Shown: positions 9,827 through 18,827 of the stretch, piece by piece
How the letters are laid out: each line of letters begins with the position of its first letter
How positions within the stretch are numbered: the stretch's first letter is position 1
Source: Firmicutes bacterium CAG:822
Lineage (GTDB): Bacteria > Bacillota_I > Bacilli_A > RF39 > UBA660
Reading direction: 5' to 3'
Length of the DNA stretch: 64,000 bases
Assembly (NCBI GenBank): GCA_000432855.1
Contig: HF990868.1
Location: 84,534-148,533, forward strand
Position numbers and translations under genes: made by a program
Notes under the pieces: model-generated
What the model was told of the DNA's origin: nothing
Seen by the model: the letters and a program-made list of their open reading frames with translations, nothing else
The model's database searches: none

Positions 9827-10390
9827 TTATGCTAGAGCTGGTTTATTATGTAAAGCACCAATTTTTTTTACAAAACCAGTTTCTTGCTCTTTTTCTTTTT
9901 CGCCAAATTGTTCGTTTAAAGCTAAAACACTACTTTTATATCTATTGTATGCAAAATCATAGTCGCCATTTTCGATAGCTTTAACACAAGCTTCTACAAT
10001 ATGGCTATATATATAATTATATATTTGTTCATTGTCATCTAATGCATCGATATTTTTGACTATTATAGGTGCAACATTATAATATAGTTCAATGTCCTCT
10101 TTTGAAACAAAATTATCTCTAAACCATCTTAAAACAGTTAATTCATAGCAGTTATCATCAAATTCATCCTGAAAATGTTTCATACAAGCAGATGTTAAAT
10201 AACATTGACCACTGGTTGATTCTTTTTTGCCATCAACTTTAGTAACAATTTCAACTTTTTTACCCTCACTAACTTTTATGTGTGCAGTATCATGTGGAAC
10301 AGCACGGCTACTAGGACTATATACATCAATTTTTGCTCCTTTTCCATTACTATATGGTGTTACTTTAATTTCTTTATCATTATCTGACAT
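9827..10390 (-). CDS. hypothetical protein with Cys-rich CYxTSxC..ELTVLRWFRDNF motif
   Basis: 187-aa ORF; shares an LR(R/W)FRDN-containing Cys motif with the C-terminus of 29410..30519. Confidence 0.5.
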   Translation of the reverse strand: MSDNDKEIKVTPYSNGKGAKIDVYSPSSRAVPHDTAHIKVSEGKKVEIVTKVDGKKESTSGQCYLTSACMKHFQDEFDDNCYELTVLRWFRDNFVSKEDIELYYNVAPIIVKNIDALDDNEQIYNYIYSHIVEACVKAIENGDYDFAYNRYKSSVLALNEQFGEKEKEQETGFVKKIGALHNKPALA

Positions 10391-10823
10391 TTTTCTCTTC
10401 TCCTCTCATATTAATTAATTTTTTTCTTAACTGCATTATTTCAGACAACCATATAACGGCTTCATCAGAAAGCTCATCTTCATTGCCTGTATCAACCTCA
10501 AAAATATACTTTTCCTTTAGCTTATCTAATTTATTATAGATATCTAATAATTCGTTAGGCATAATAAAATCTAAATTTCTAATAGTTTGAAATTTCGTCC
10601 CCCACTCAACTATCTTATCTAGTATTTGTTTAATTTCTTTATGGTCGTTTTGATAAGTTTTTAAGTTTGCCATCATAGACAATGGGCCGATTAATCTTGT
10701 GAATGCAACATATAATTTACTTTCTACTTCATATAAGTTTCTCTGCAAATTATTATCATTATTTTCCAATGTTAACCTCCAATCCTTTAAAGAAAAAAAT
10801 AAAATAATAATTCTTATATTCAA
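10380..10823 (-). CDS. hypothetical protein (true start probably internal, MMANLK..)
   Basis: The low-complexity N-terminal 50 aa look non-coding; the downstream part is coding-like. Confidence 0.35.
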   Translation of the reverse strand: MNIRIIILFFSLKDWRLTLENNDNNLQRNLYEVESKLYVAFTRLIGPLSMMANLKTYQNDHKEIKQILDKIVEWGTKFQTIRNLDFIMPNELLDIYNKLDKLKEKYIFEVDTGNEDELSDEAVIWLSEIMQLRKKLINMRGEEKNVR

Positions 10824-10877
10824 TTATAAATAATATTATTACTTTTTATTATAGGCAGCAATATTTTTATTCTTTCT

Positions 10878-11186
10878 TCAGTTATTTTTAACTTTATCTC
10901 TTTCTTTTCTTTTGTTCCTATTTTCCTCTCTCAATTTTTCGACATACTTAATATGATTTTTCTTTTTTAATTCAAAACATATAGGATCAAATAAATTAAT
11001 TAAATCAAATAAATCATCATATTTTTGATCTAAATAATTTAAATCATTATCCATTTTATCAAGAAAGTCATTAGTAATATTGTCATCACTTAATATACTA
11101 TTAATTCGCTTGATTAATTCTTGAATTAAAGTAAAATCATTATCATATTGATTGTCGCTTTCTAGACTTTTTAAAATGTCTAGCAT
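10878..11186 (-). CDS. small acidic protein with basic tail (paralog 2)
   Basis: 102 aa, paralog of 9167..9493. Confidence 0.55.
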   Translation of the reverse strand: MLDILKSLESDNQYDNDFTLIQELIKRINSILSDDNITNDFLDKMDNDLNYLDQKYDDLFDLINLFDPICFELKKKNHIKYVEKLREENRNKRKERDKVKNN

Positions 11187-11370
11187 TTTGTTTAAACTTT
11201 CTTCTATAATGTCTATCTCCCCCTTATAAATTTATAAACATATTAACACTTTTCTTATAATTTATCAATACTTTATAAAATAAAACGACCATGTAACGTA
11301 TCCGAATGTCATTTTTAGGGAATATTAATTGTTATAATGATGAAAACTATAAATGACTGGCGGTGAATAT

Positions 11371-11589
11371 ATGAAATTTCGGCTAAATGATTATGAAACA
11401 AAAGATGTAATGCGAATTTTAAGGGAATGGACTGAATTAGATCGAAAAGAATTTGGAAAATCAATTAGCCGAAGTGCCAAAAGTATAAAAAGTTATGAAA
11501 ATGGCGAACGAAATTACACCGTTCAGTTACTAAAAGATATTATTAAAAAGTATAATATCACAGTAGTTTTTGAAAAGAATAAAAAATAA
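11371..11589 (+). CDS. small HTH (XRE-like) DNA-binding protein
   Basis: RBS GGCGGTGA 6 nt before ATG 11371. Helix-turn-helix-like segment LREWTELDRKEFGKSISRSAKSIKSYENGER. Confidence 0.45.
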   Translation: MKFRLNDYETKDVMRILREWTELDRKEFGKSISRSAKSIKSYENGERNYTVQLLKDIIKKYNITVVFEKNKK

Positions 11590-12030
11590 AAGAGTGTCTG
11601 CCAACACTCAAAAGTTATGGGACTGCAATACTGCTTACTACTAATTTATTTGTCCTGTAATTTTTTTTTGGAAAAATAGTCCACAACAGATAACTTCATA
11701 ATAACCCACATTATAACTTTGGTTATATCTTGTTCGCCAATTGTACTACTTATATTAAATTGAATAATATCTTTTATTTTTAATGGTGATTGTATAGTTC
11801 TATTGTTTGTTCCTAATACTTTATTAATTAAGTCGTTGGCTATATGGTCGCTTCATTTTCTAAATCGTAATATTGCATACTTTTTTCGCCTTTACAAAAA
11901 TATTCATAGCTAAAAAATTCTTGGGTGCTATTAATATTTTCTTCATCTAAATCAAGTATATCTTTAATATTTGATTTTTTAATTTCAATAAGATAATTAT
12001 TAATTAATTTTTCTTATAGTATCATTAACA

Positions 12031-12057
12031 AAAATAAAAACCCTTATAAAATAAGGG
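12031..12057 (-). terminator. rho-independent terminator of tRNA-Ala
   Basis: On the minus strand, hairpin ccctta-ttt-taaggg followed by a U-rich tract (rc of aaaataaaaa) immediately 3' of the tRNA. Confidence 0.65.
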
Positions 12058-12071
12058 CTAAACTACTAAAT

Positions 12072-12148
12072 TGGTGGAGAATAGGAGACTCGAACTCCTG
12101 ACCCCCTGCGTGCAAAGCAGGTGCTCTAGCCAACTGAGCTAATTCCCC
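12072..12148 (-). tRNA. tRNA-Ala (anticodon UGC)
   Basis: The reverse complement reads GGGGAAUUAGCUCAGUUGG...CCUGCUUUGCACGCAGG...GGUCAGGAGUUCGAGUCUCCUAUUCUCCACCA. It has a G3:U70 pair, anticodon loop UUUGCAC, a T-loop GTTCGAG and an encoded CCA. Confidence 0.9.
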
Positions 12149-12238
12149 ATCAGACAAATTACTCATTAAGTATATCATTAAAATCTATATAAAGTCAATA
12201 TATTTTATACTTTTTATAAAAAAAGATGATAATTTTTA

Positions 12239-13354
12239 TCATCTTGAGTATTCTTTTACCTTGTTTTTAAGCTTTAATGTTAATATTAATAAAATAATTA
12301 AGATTAGAATCTTCAAATAGTCAAAAAAGTGACTAGTATTAGCTACACTTGATGTAGTTTTATTATTATCCACTTTTAAAACATGTTGATATTGAGTAGG
12401 AAGTTTAACCTTAAAAGATTTATCAATAGAACTTTGTTCTAATATTGGTGTCTTTACATTCATAAAATTTATTTCTTTATTTTTTGGAGTAATTTTATTT
12501 GTTTCTTCTTGTATCGGTAGCTCCTTTATTGTATTTACAGAACTGAAATCACTATTTATAATTGGAACATCAATATAATCGTTTTCATCCCTATAAATAT
12601 AATCCTCAAATGGTTCTGTTAAATATTGGTCATAGTATTCTTTTTCAAGTTTGTAGGACTGATACTTATAATCTTGGTATTGATATAATTTTATTTCGCC
12701 TTTATAAGTTAAATCAGAGGATACATCTAATTTATCTAAACTATAAATATCTTCATAGGCGTTTGCTTTTATTGAACTATTTTGTCCATATAATGTAATA
12801 TTTTCCATAAAAGCTATCGTATTTAATTGACTTACCAATTTATCTCCGTTCTTAAAATAAATATAAAAACTATGAGTATCTTTCCCATCCCCACTTTTTC
12901 CAGTTATAATTAGACTGTTAAGATCATAATCACCATTTAAATCATATCGTACATAATCATCACCACTTAAAACATCACTACTACTTTCATATATAATTTC
13001 TTTGCCTTCGCTTTCAATTTTAATATCATTTATAATTTCATCTTTATCAACCTTAATTTCTATTGTATTAATCTTTGGCGTTTTTAAATAGTGATATCCA
13101 TTATATTCATAAATTTTTCTCCCATCTTTTTCTAGAGGTTTAACCGGTAATAATTCACTTAATTGTTCTTCAAAATATTGATTTTCATCAATCGATGGAA
13201 ATTTATCACTAACTTCATCTTTTGAAACAATGGGACCTAACACCTTATTTAATCGATAATACTTATACTTTCTTATAACATTATTGTCACTTTCCAAACC
13301 TTTAACGGGAATTACCAACATTAGCAAAAAAACTAAGAATAAAAATTTTTTCAT
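12239..13354 (-). CDS. secreted/cell-surface protein, Tyr/Asp/Lys-rich, C-terminal hydrophobic anchor
   Basis: Signal peptide MKKFLFLVFLLMLVIPVKG; C-terminal LKILILIILLILTL followed by a KNK tail. Confidence 0.55.
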   Translation of the reverse strand: MKKFLFLVFLLMLVIPVKGLESDNNVIRKYKYYRLNKVLGPIVSKDEVSDKFPSIDENQYFEEQLSELLPVKPLEKDGRKIYEYNGYHYLKTPKINTIEIKVDKDEIINDIKIESEGKEIIYESSSDVLSGDDYVRYDLNGDYDLNSLIITGKSGDGKDTHSFYIYFKNGDKLVSQLNTIAFMENITLYGQNSSIKANAYEDIYSLDKLDVSSDLTYKGEIKLYQYQDYKYQSYKLEKEYYDQYLTEPFEDYIYRDENDYIDVPIINSDFSSVNTIKELPIQEETNKITPKNKEINFMNVKTPILEQSSIDKSFKVKLPTQYQHVLKVDNNKTTSSVANTSHFFDYLKILILIILLILTLKLKNKVKEYSR

Positions 13355-13593
13355 GTACTCTCCTTTCTAAGCCCCTCTATAATAAAAATACGACATTATC
13401 GCCTTTATTTCCTTCTTATTTATATAAATTTTGTAAATTTATTTTTAATATTATAAAAAATTATGGTATAATATCGACTGCTCAAACACATTGAAGCATG
13501 TTTAGACACCGTAAAAACACAAACAAATCAAGGGTTTCTTTACTTTTATACTGAATTTTGTTATACTTTAAAAGTATAGACAGGTGATAAAAT

Positions 13594-14175
13594 ATGAAAA
13601 TAAAATCCGTAGATTTAGCAATTTCGGCTATTCGACGAAGTCAATATCCAACTGATAATAAACCGGAATATATGTTAGTTGGTAGATCAAACGTTGGTAA
13701 AAGTAGTTTTATAAATACAATCATAAACCGTAAAAACTTTGCGAGAACATCTAGTAGACCAGGAAAAACTCAAACAATTAATTTTTATAATGTCAACGAT
13801 GAATTCTATTTAGTAGATGCGCCTGGATACGGTTTTGCCCAAGTGAGTAAAACCAAAAGAAAAAAATTTGGCTTAATGATTGAAGATTATTTAGTAAACC
13901 GAAAAAACCTTAGAGGTGTATTCTTACTAATTGATTTTCGTCACCGTCCAACTAACGATGATATATTAATGTATAACTTTTTAAAATACTATAAATTACC
14001 AGTAACTATTGTTGCGACAAAGGTTGATAAAATAGGTATTACTGCTAGACAAAAGCAGAGAAATATGATTTTAAATGACCTTGATTTAGTAGTCGGTGAT
14101 GAATTCGTCATGTTTTCCAGTTTAACTAAAGATGGTAAAGAAGAAATCCATAAAAAAATTGAAAGGACAATGTAA
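13594..14175 (+). CDS. engB: ribosome biogenesis GTPase EngB/YsxC
   Basis: G1 GRSNVGKSS, DAPGYG, TKVDK; typical ~190-aa YihA/EngB. Confidence 0.9.
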   Translation: MKIKSVDLAISAIRRSQYPTDNKPEYMLVGRSNVGKSSFINTIINRKNFARTSSRPGKTQTINFYNVNDEFYLVDAPGYGFAQVSKTKRKKFGLMIEDYLVNRKNLRGVFLLIDFRHRPTNDDILMYNFLKYYKLPVTIVATKVDKIGITARQKQRNMILNDLDLVVGDEFVMFSSLTKDGKEEIHKKIERTM

Positions 14176-14224
14176 TTTTATAACACTATAATATTAAGTT
14201 TCATACACTATTTTAGGTGATAAA

Positions 14225-14710
14225 ATGAAACTTATAATAGATGATAACATTGTCGTTTTTTTAGATAAAGTTTACCTGCAAAACCTTGATTTAACAAATC
14301 AAAACTTAATTGAAAAAAAACTAGTCAAATTAATTAATAAACTTCAAAACAAATATACTATAGATTTAAATGGTTATTATAATGTCTATATCCATAAAGA
14401 TATAAACTATGGACTGATTATAGACATGCAGAAAGAAGAGCTAGAATATATAGATTATTTTAATAACCAATTAGAACTCAATATTGAAATAATTGAAGAC
14501 TCTTTTTTATATAAAATAGAAGACATTTTTACTATAAATAAAAACTTATTAAATAAATTTATTATATATAAAAATGGTTATACATTCTACCTTAAACCAA
14601 AAGCAAACCTAAGTAGTATTGAACTTGGAATGATTTTAGAAAATGCTGAAATTTTATATGGCAAAGAAGCTAAAAAAATAGAACAGAAAAGTCAAATAAT
14701 AAAAGTGTAG
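14225..14710 (+). CDS. hypothetical protein, weak MecA-adaptor-like pattern
   Basis: 161 aa; the N- and C-terminal patterns loosely resemble short MecA-like adaptor proteins (inference only). Confidence 0.4.
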   Translation: MKLIIDDNIVVFLDKVYLQNLDLTNQNLIEKKLVKLINKLQNKYTIDLNGYYNVYIHKDINYGLIIDMQKEELEYIDYFNNQLELNIEIIEDSFLYKIEDIFTINKNLLNKFIIYKNGYTFYLKPKANLSSIELGMILENAEILYGKEAKKIEQKSQIIKV

Positions 14711-14719
14711 GTGATAATT

Positions 14720-16033
14720 ATGAGAAAACAAGTAGTCGCATTAGTCGGAAGACCAAACGTCGGAAAATCAACAATATTTAACCGTTTAGTCGGTAGTAAG
14801 GTTGCCATAATTGAAGATACCCCAGGAGTTACTAGAGATAGACTTTATGGAACTGTAAATTACTTAGATTATAGCTTTCATCTTATCGATACTGGTGGCA
14901 TTGACATAACTACTGGTAATTTTAATACTGAAATCAAAGGACAAGCCGAAATTGCTATAGATGAAGCTGATATCGTTGTTTTTGTCGTTGACGGAAAAGA
15001 AGGTTTAACCGCTAATGATTATACCGTTAGAGATATATTAAAGAAAAGTGGTAAACCAGTAATAGTTGCCATAAATAAAACCGATTCTAAAGCCTATGAA
15101 GAACATAAATATGATTTCTATGACTTAGCTTTCGATAACTACATCGAATTATCTGCTGAGCACAATCTTGGAATAGGAACCTTATTAGATGAAATAACGA
15201 AAAACTTTAAAGAAATCAAAGATGACTATGATGAAGAAGTTATTAAATTTTCGATAATTGGTAGACCAAACGTCGGAAAAAGTAGTTTAGTAAACGCTTT
15301 ATTAAACGAAGACAGAGTTATTGTCAGTCCAGTTGCTGGAACAACAAGAGATGCCATTGATACACCATTCAAATATCATGAAAAAGATTTTGTGGTTATT
15401 GATACTGCTGGTATGCGTAAACGCGGAAAAATCTATGAAAACGTCGAGAAATATAGCTTATTACGTTCATTAAAAGCGATTGATAGATCTGATGTCTGTG
15501 TTATTGTCATAAATGCCGAAGAAGGTATTATTGAACACGACAAACATATTGCTGGCTATGCTATTGAAGCAGGAAAAGCTGTTGTCATTGCTGTCAATAA
15601 ATGGGACACCGTTGAAGATAAAGATAAAGCTATGAAGGAATGGAAAGAAGAAATTAAATATCAATTTGGGTTTATGCCATATGCTAAAGTTGTCTTCCTA
15701 TCAGCTTTAACTAAAAAACGTATTCATACCTTAATGCCAGAAATTATTAAAGCCAATGAAAACGCTCATAAAAAAATACCTACAAGTGCTTTAAATAGTG
15801 TTATAACTGATGCCTATGCTTTAAATTTACCACCTTCATACAAAGGTAAAAGACTAAAAATATACTTTTCAAATCAGAGTAGCATTTGCCCACCAACTTT
15901 TAATATTCAGGTTAATAGTAAAGGCTTAATACACTTTTCATATGAAAGGTATTTAGAAAATAAAATAAGAGAGAACTTCGATTTTACAGGCACCCCAATC
16001 ATCTTAAACTTTAAAAACAAAGGAGAGCAGTAG
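14720..16033 (+). CDS. der: ribosome-associated GTPase Der/EngA (tandem GTPase domains + KH-like domain)
   Basis: Two G-domains (GRPNVGKST and GRPNVGKSS; DTAG twice; NKxD). Start moved to ATG 14720, preceded by GGTGA. Confidence 0.92.
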   Translation: MRKQVVALVGRPNVGKSTIFNRLVGSKVAIIEDTPGVTRDRLYGTVNYLDYSFHLIDTGGIDITTGNFNTEIKGQAEIAIDEADIVVFVVDGKEGLTANDYTVRDILKKSGKPVIVAINKTDSKAYEEHKYDFYDLAFDNYIELSAEHNLGIGTLLDEITKNFKEIKDDYDEEVIKFSIIGRPNVGKSSLVNALLNEDRVIVSPVAGTTRDAIDTPFKYHEKDFVVIDTAGMRKRGKIYENVEKYSLLRSLKAIDRSDVCVIVINAEEGIIEHDKHIAGYAIEAGKAVVIAVNKWDTVEDKDKAMKEWKEEIKYQFGFMPYAKVVFLSALTKKRIHTLMPEIIKANENAHKKIPTSALNSVITDAYALNLPPSYKGKRLKIYFSNQSSICPPTFNIQVNSKGLIHFSYERYLENKIRENFDFTGTPIILNFKNKGEQ

Positions 16034-16076
16034 CCTTATAAAACCTCCCGCATATATTAATGTAGGAGGTTTTAAA

Positions 16077-16319
16077 ATGGCATTTTCAGATAGCTTTTTC
16101 AAACGTGTAGAAAAGAAAACCAATGTAAATAAAGAAACAATCTTAGACCTAGCAAAAAAACTTCAAGAAGGAAATTTAAAAGATGAAGGAACTTTAAGAG
16201 AAGTAATTAGTGAATTAAGTCAAATGACAGGTAGACCAGTCTCCGAAGAAAATCAAAAGAAAATCATTGACGCTGTTGTCAATGACCAAGTACCAAAAGA
16301 CATTGATAAAATGATTTAA
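16077..16319 (+). CDS. small protein, SpoVIF-family-like
   Basis: 80 aa; FFKRVEKKTNVNKETILDLAKKLQEGNLKDE..PVSEENQKKIIDAVV pattern resembles stage VI sporulation protein F. The SD lies inside a hairpin. Confidence 0.45.
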   Translation: MAFSDSFFKRVEKKTNVNKETILDLAKKLQEGNLKDEGTLREVISELSQMTGRPVSEENQKKIIDAVVNDQVPKDIDKMI

Positions 16320-16334
16320 TCAATGTCTTTTATA

Positions 16335-17300
16335 TTATAGTTTATTATGCAATTTTAAAATAGAAATAAGCATCTTATCACGATATTCAGCTAAAGAAGC
16401 ATCATCATTACCAATTTCTTTAGGTCGATTCTCTAAAGCCTCTTCTACACCTTTTCTCGCAATCTCTGGAAATTCTTCTGGAAAATCTTTAAAATCAGCC
16501 ATATCGTGAAGCCATAAACTAATAGATGGATTTAAATGTTTCATAAGTCCATCAATATGACCTTCACCGCCACCTAATTCAAAAACTAAACTAGGTCCCA
16601 TAATCGCCCATCTAAGTCCTGGACCAAAAGTTACCGCTTTATCTGCATCTTCGATTGTACATACACCTTTCATAACTAGATTACACACTTCTCTATAAAC
16701 TGCCATTTGAATACGGTTACAAATAAATCCTAATGCCTCTTTTTGTAAAACAACAGGTTCTTTATCGATTAATTGGTAAAATTCTTTAGCTACTTCTACA
16801 ACTTTAGGATCGGTTTTGTCACCTTTAGTAAGCTCTACTAGTGGAATTAAATGTGGTGGATTATAAGGATGGGCTCCTATAAACCTTTCAGGGTGTTTCG
16901 CATTTTTAGCTATTTCACTAACAAGTAGTCCAGAAGTCGAAGATGCAATAATTGTTTCACTTGATGTATATTTTTCCATCTCTTCAGCCATCTGACGTTT
17001 AACTTCATAATTTTCAGGACCTGATTCGGTAATAAATTGTACATCTTTAACAGCTTCTTCCATTGAAGTTGTATAATTTATTCTTTCTTCAATTTCTGTA
17101 ATTTCATCTTCAGTTACAACATCATTTTTCATTAAATTAAGTAAGCTTTCATGAATTCTTTTTTTAGCTAAATCAAGTTTTTCCTCAGTTAAATCATAGA
17201 CATTTACTGATAACTTCTTTAAAGAATAATAAAGTGCCCAGCTATAACCAATAACTCCCGCACCTACACAAGCTACTTTTTTAATATCTTTTGCTTCCAT
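16335..17300 (-). CDS. 3-hydroxyacyl-CoA dehydrogenase family protein (L-carnitine dehydrogenase-like)
   Basis: Rossmann motif ACVGAGVIGYSWA and AHPYNPPHLIPLVEL signature of the 3HCDH / carnitine dehydrogenase family. Confidence 0.75.
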   Translation of the reverse strand: MEAKDIKKVACVGAGVIGYSWALYYSLKKLSVNVYDLTEEKLDLAKKRIHESLLNLMKNDVVTEDEITEIEERINYTTSMEEAVKDVQFITESGPENYEVKRQMAEEMEKYTSSETIIASSTSGLLVSEIAKNAKHPERFIGAHPYNPPHLIPLVELTKGDKTDPKVVEVAKEFYQLIDKEPVVLQKEALGFICNRIQMAVYREVCNLVMKGVCTIEDADKAVTFGPGLRWAIMGPSLVFELGGGEGHIDGLMKHLNPSISLWLHDMADFKDFPEEFPEIARKGVEEALENRPKEIGNDDASLAEYRDKMLISILKLHNKL

Positions 17301-17423
17301 ATCATCGCCTCCATTATAATTGTAGTTCTATGAAAAAAATAAAGCAATATTAAATCAAACCTATAAGTGTTAAATAGTGTACATAAAATAGTAAAAAACT
17401 TTATATTTAATCGAGCTTTTTCT

Positions 17424-17451
17424 TCATATTTATAATTTTTCCTCATATATT
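17424..17451 (+). promoter_or_regulatory. putative sigma-E-type promoter upstream of spoIVA (TCATATT -13 nt- CATATATT)
   Basis: Matches the B. subtilis sigma-E consensus kmATATT-(~14)-CATACAmT; ~24 nt upstream of the ATG at 17475. Confidence 0.35.
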
Positions 17452-17474
17452 TAAATGAAGAAAGTAGGGATAAT

Positions 17475-18761
17475 ATGGAAAAAATAGACATTATCAAAAA
17501 TATCACCGAACGAACAGGTGGAGATATTTATTTAGGAGTAGTAGGAGCCGTAAGAACTGGTAAATCAACCTTTATTAAAAGGTTTATCGAAAATCTCGTT
17601 GTTCCTAATATTGAAGATGAATATGAAAGAAAAAGAACCTTAGATGAAATTCCCCAATCAGCGCAAGGTAAAACTATCATGACTACTGAGCCCAAATTTG
17701 TTCCAAGCAATGCCGCTAAAATAAAAATTGATGATTTTACCGCTGATGTAAGATTAGTTGATTGTGTTGGATACATTATCGAAGGGGCCAAAGGTTATGA
17801 AGATGAAAATGGTCCTAGAATGGTTCACACCCCATGGTATGAAGAGTCAATACCATTTGTCGAAGCAGCTGAAATAGGCACTGAAAAAGTTATTAAAGAT
17901 CATTCGAGTATTGGGGTTTTGGTCACGACTGATGGCTCTATTGGTGAATTTGAAAGAAGTGACTATGTCGAAGCCGAACAAAGAATAGCTAAAGAACTAA
18001 AAGAAATAGGTAAACCATTTATTGTCATTGTCAATTCAACACATCCAATGTTGCCAGAAACTGAAAATTTAGCTGAAAAATTAAAAGAAGAATATGGTGC
18101 TCCTGTTATACCAATGAATATTGACAACATGAGTGAACGAGATGCTTATAATATTTTAAGAGAAGCACTATATGAATTTCCAGTCGTATGTATCGATGTT
18201 GAAATGGCCGATTGGGTCGCATGTTTAGAGCCAAATAACTGGTTAAAAAAATCATATATTGATGCCATTAGAAATAGTATTCATGAAATAGATAAACTTA
18301 GAGATATTGAACAAATAACCGGCAAATTAGAGGAATGCGAATATATTGAAAAGGCCTATCTATCAGAAGTGGATACCGCAACCGGTAATGTTAGGGTAAC
18401 CTTAAAAACACCAGCCAATCTTTACAACGAAGTATTAAAAGATATAATTGGTGTAGACATTACTAGTCGTTCCCAATTACTTAGTCTATTTCAAGATTTA
18501 GGCGAAGCCAAAAGAGAATACGACCAAGTAAAAGACGCTTTAAAGATGGTTAAGCAAACTGGTTATGGTGTTGCTTCACCAACCTTAAATGATATGACAC
18601 TAGACACTCCAGAAATAATCAAACAAGGAAGTCGTTATGGTATTAAATTGAAAGCCGTTGCTCCTTCAATTCACATAAGGAATATAATTCTGATGTTACT
18701 GTATTTGAAAGATGTCTTAATGCAAAAAGTAAGAAAAAATATGATTTCATTTACAATATAG
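17475..18761 (+). CDS. spoIVA: stage IV sporulation protein A, 5' segment (residues 1-400, then 28 element-encoded codons to a stop)
   Basis: MEKIDIIKNITERTGGDIYLGVVGAVRTGKSTFIKRF (Walker A), ..LKAVAPSIH collinear with SpoIVA. Homology ends at codon 400 (18674) and the tail IRNIILMLLY.. is unrelated. Confidence 0.85.
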   Translation: MEKIDIIKNITERTGGDIYLGVVGAVRTGKSTFIKRFIENLVVPNIEDEYERKRTLDEIPQSAQGKTIMTTEPKFVPSNAAKIKIDDFTADVRLVDCVGYIIEGAKGYEDENGPRMVHTPWYEESIPFVEAAEIGTEKVIKDHSSIGVLVTTDGSIGEFERSDYVEAEQRIAKELKEIGKPFIVIVNSTHPMLPETENLAEKLKEEYGAPVIPMNIDNMSERDAYNILREALYEFPVVCIDVEMADWVACLEPNNWLKKSYIDAIRNSIHEIDKLRDIEQITGKLEECEYIEKAYLSEVDTATGNVRVTLKTPANLYNEVLKDIIGVDITSRSQLLSLFQDLGEAKREYDQVKDALKMVKQTGYGVASPTLNDMTLDTPEIIKQGSRYGIKLKAVAPSIHIRNIILMLLYLKDVLMQKVRKNMISFTI

Positions 18762-18827
18762 AGAGTTATATAAGTATATAGAATATGTGCTGAAAAGCAT
18801 ATTTTTTATTTAATGGAAGTGAGAAAA

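Noticed and set aside
11600-12030. Possible intact integrase or other gene between the HTH gene and tRNA-Ala
   Set aside because: Only short ORF fragments in shifting frames (e.g. ..IEIKKSNIKDILDLDEENINSTQEFFSYEYFCKGEKSMQYYDLENEATI, then NDLINKVLGTNNRTIQ..VVDYFSKKKLQDK), without starts or integrase motifs. Treated as a degenerate remnant.
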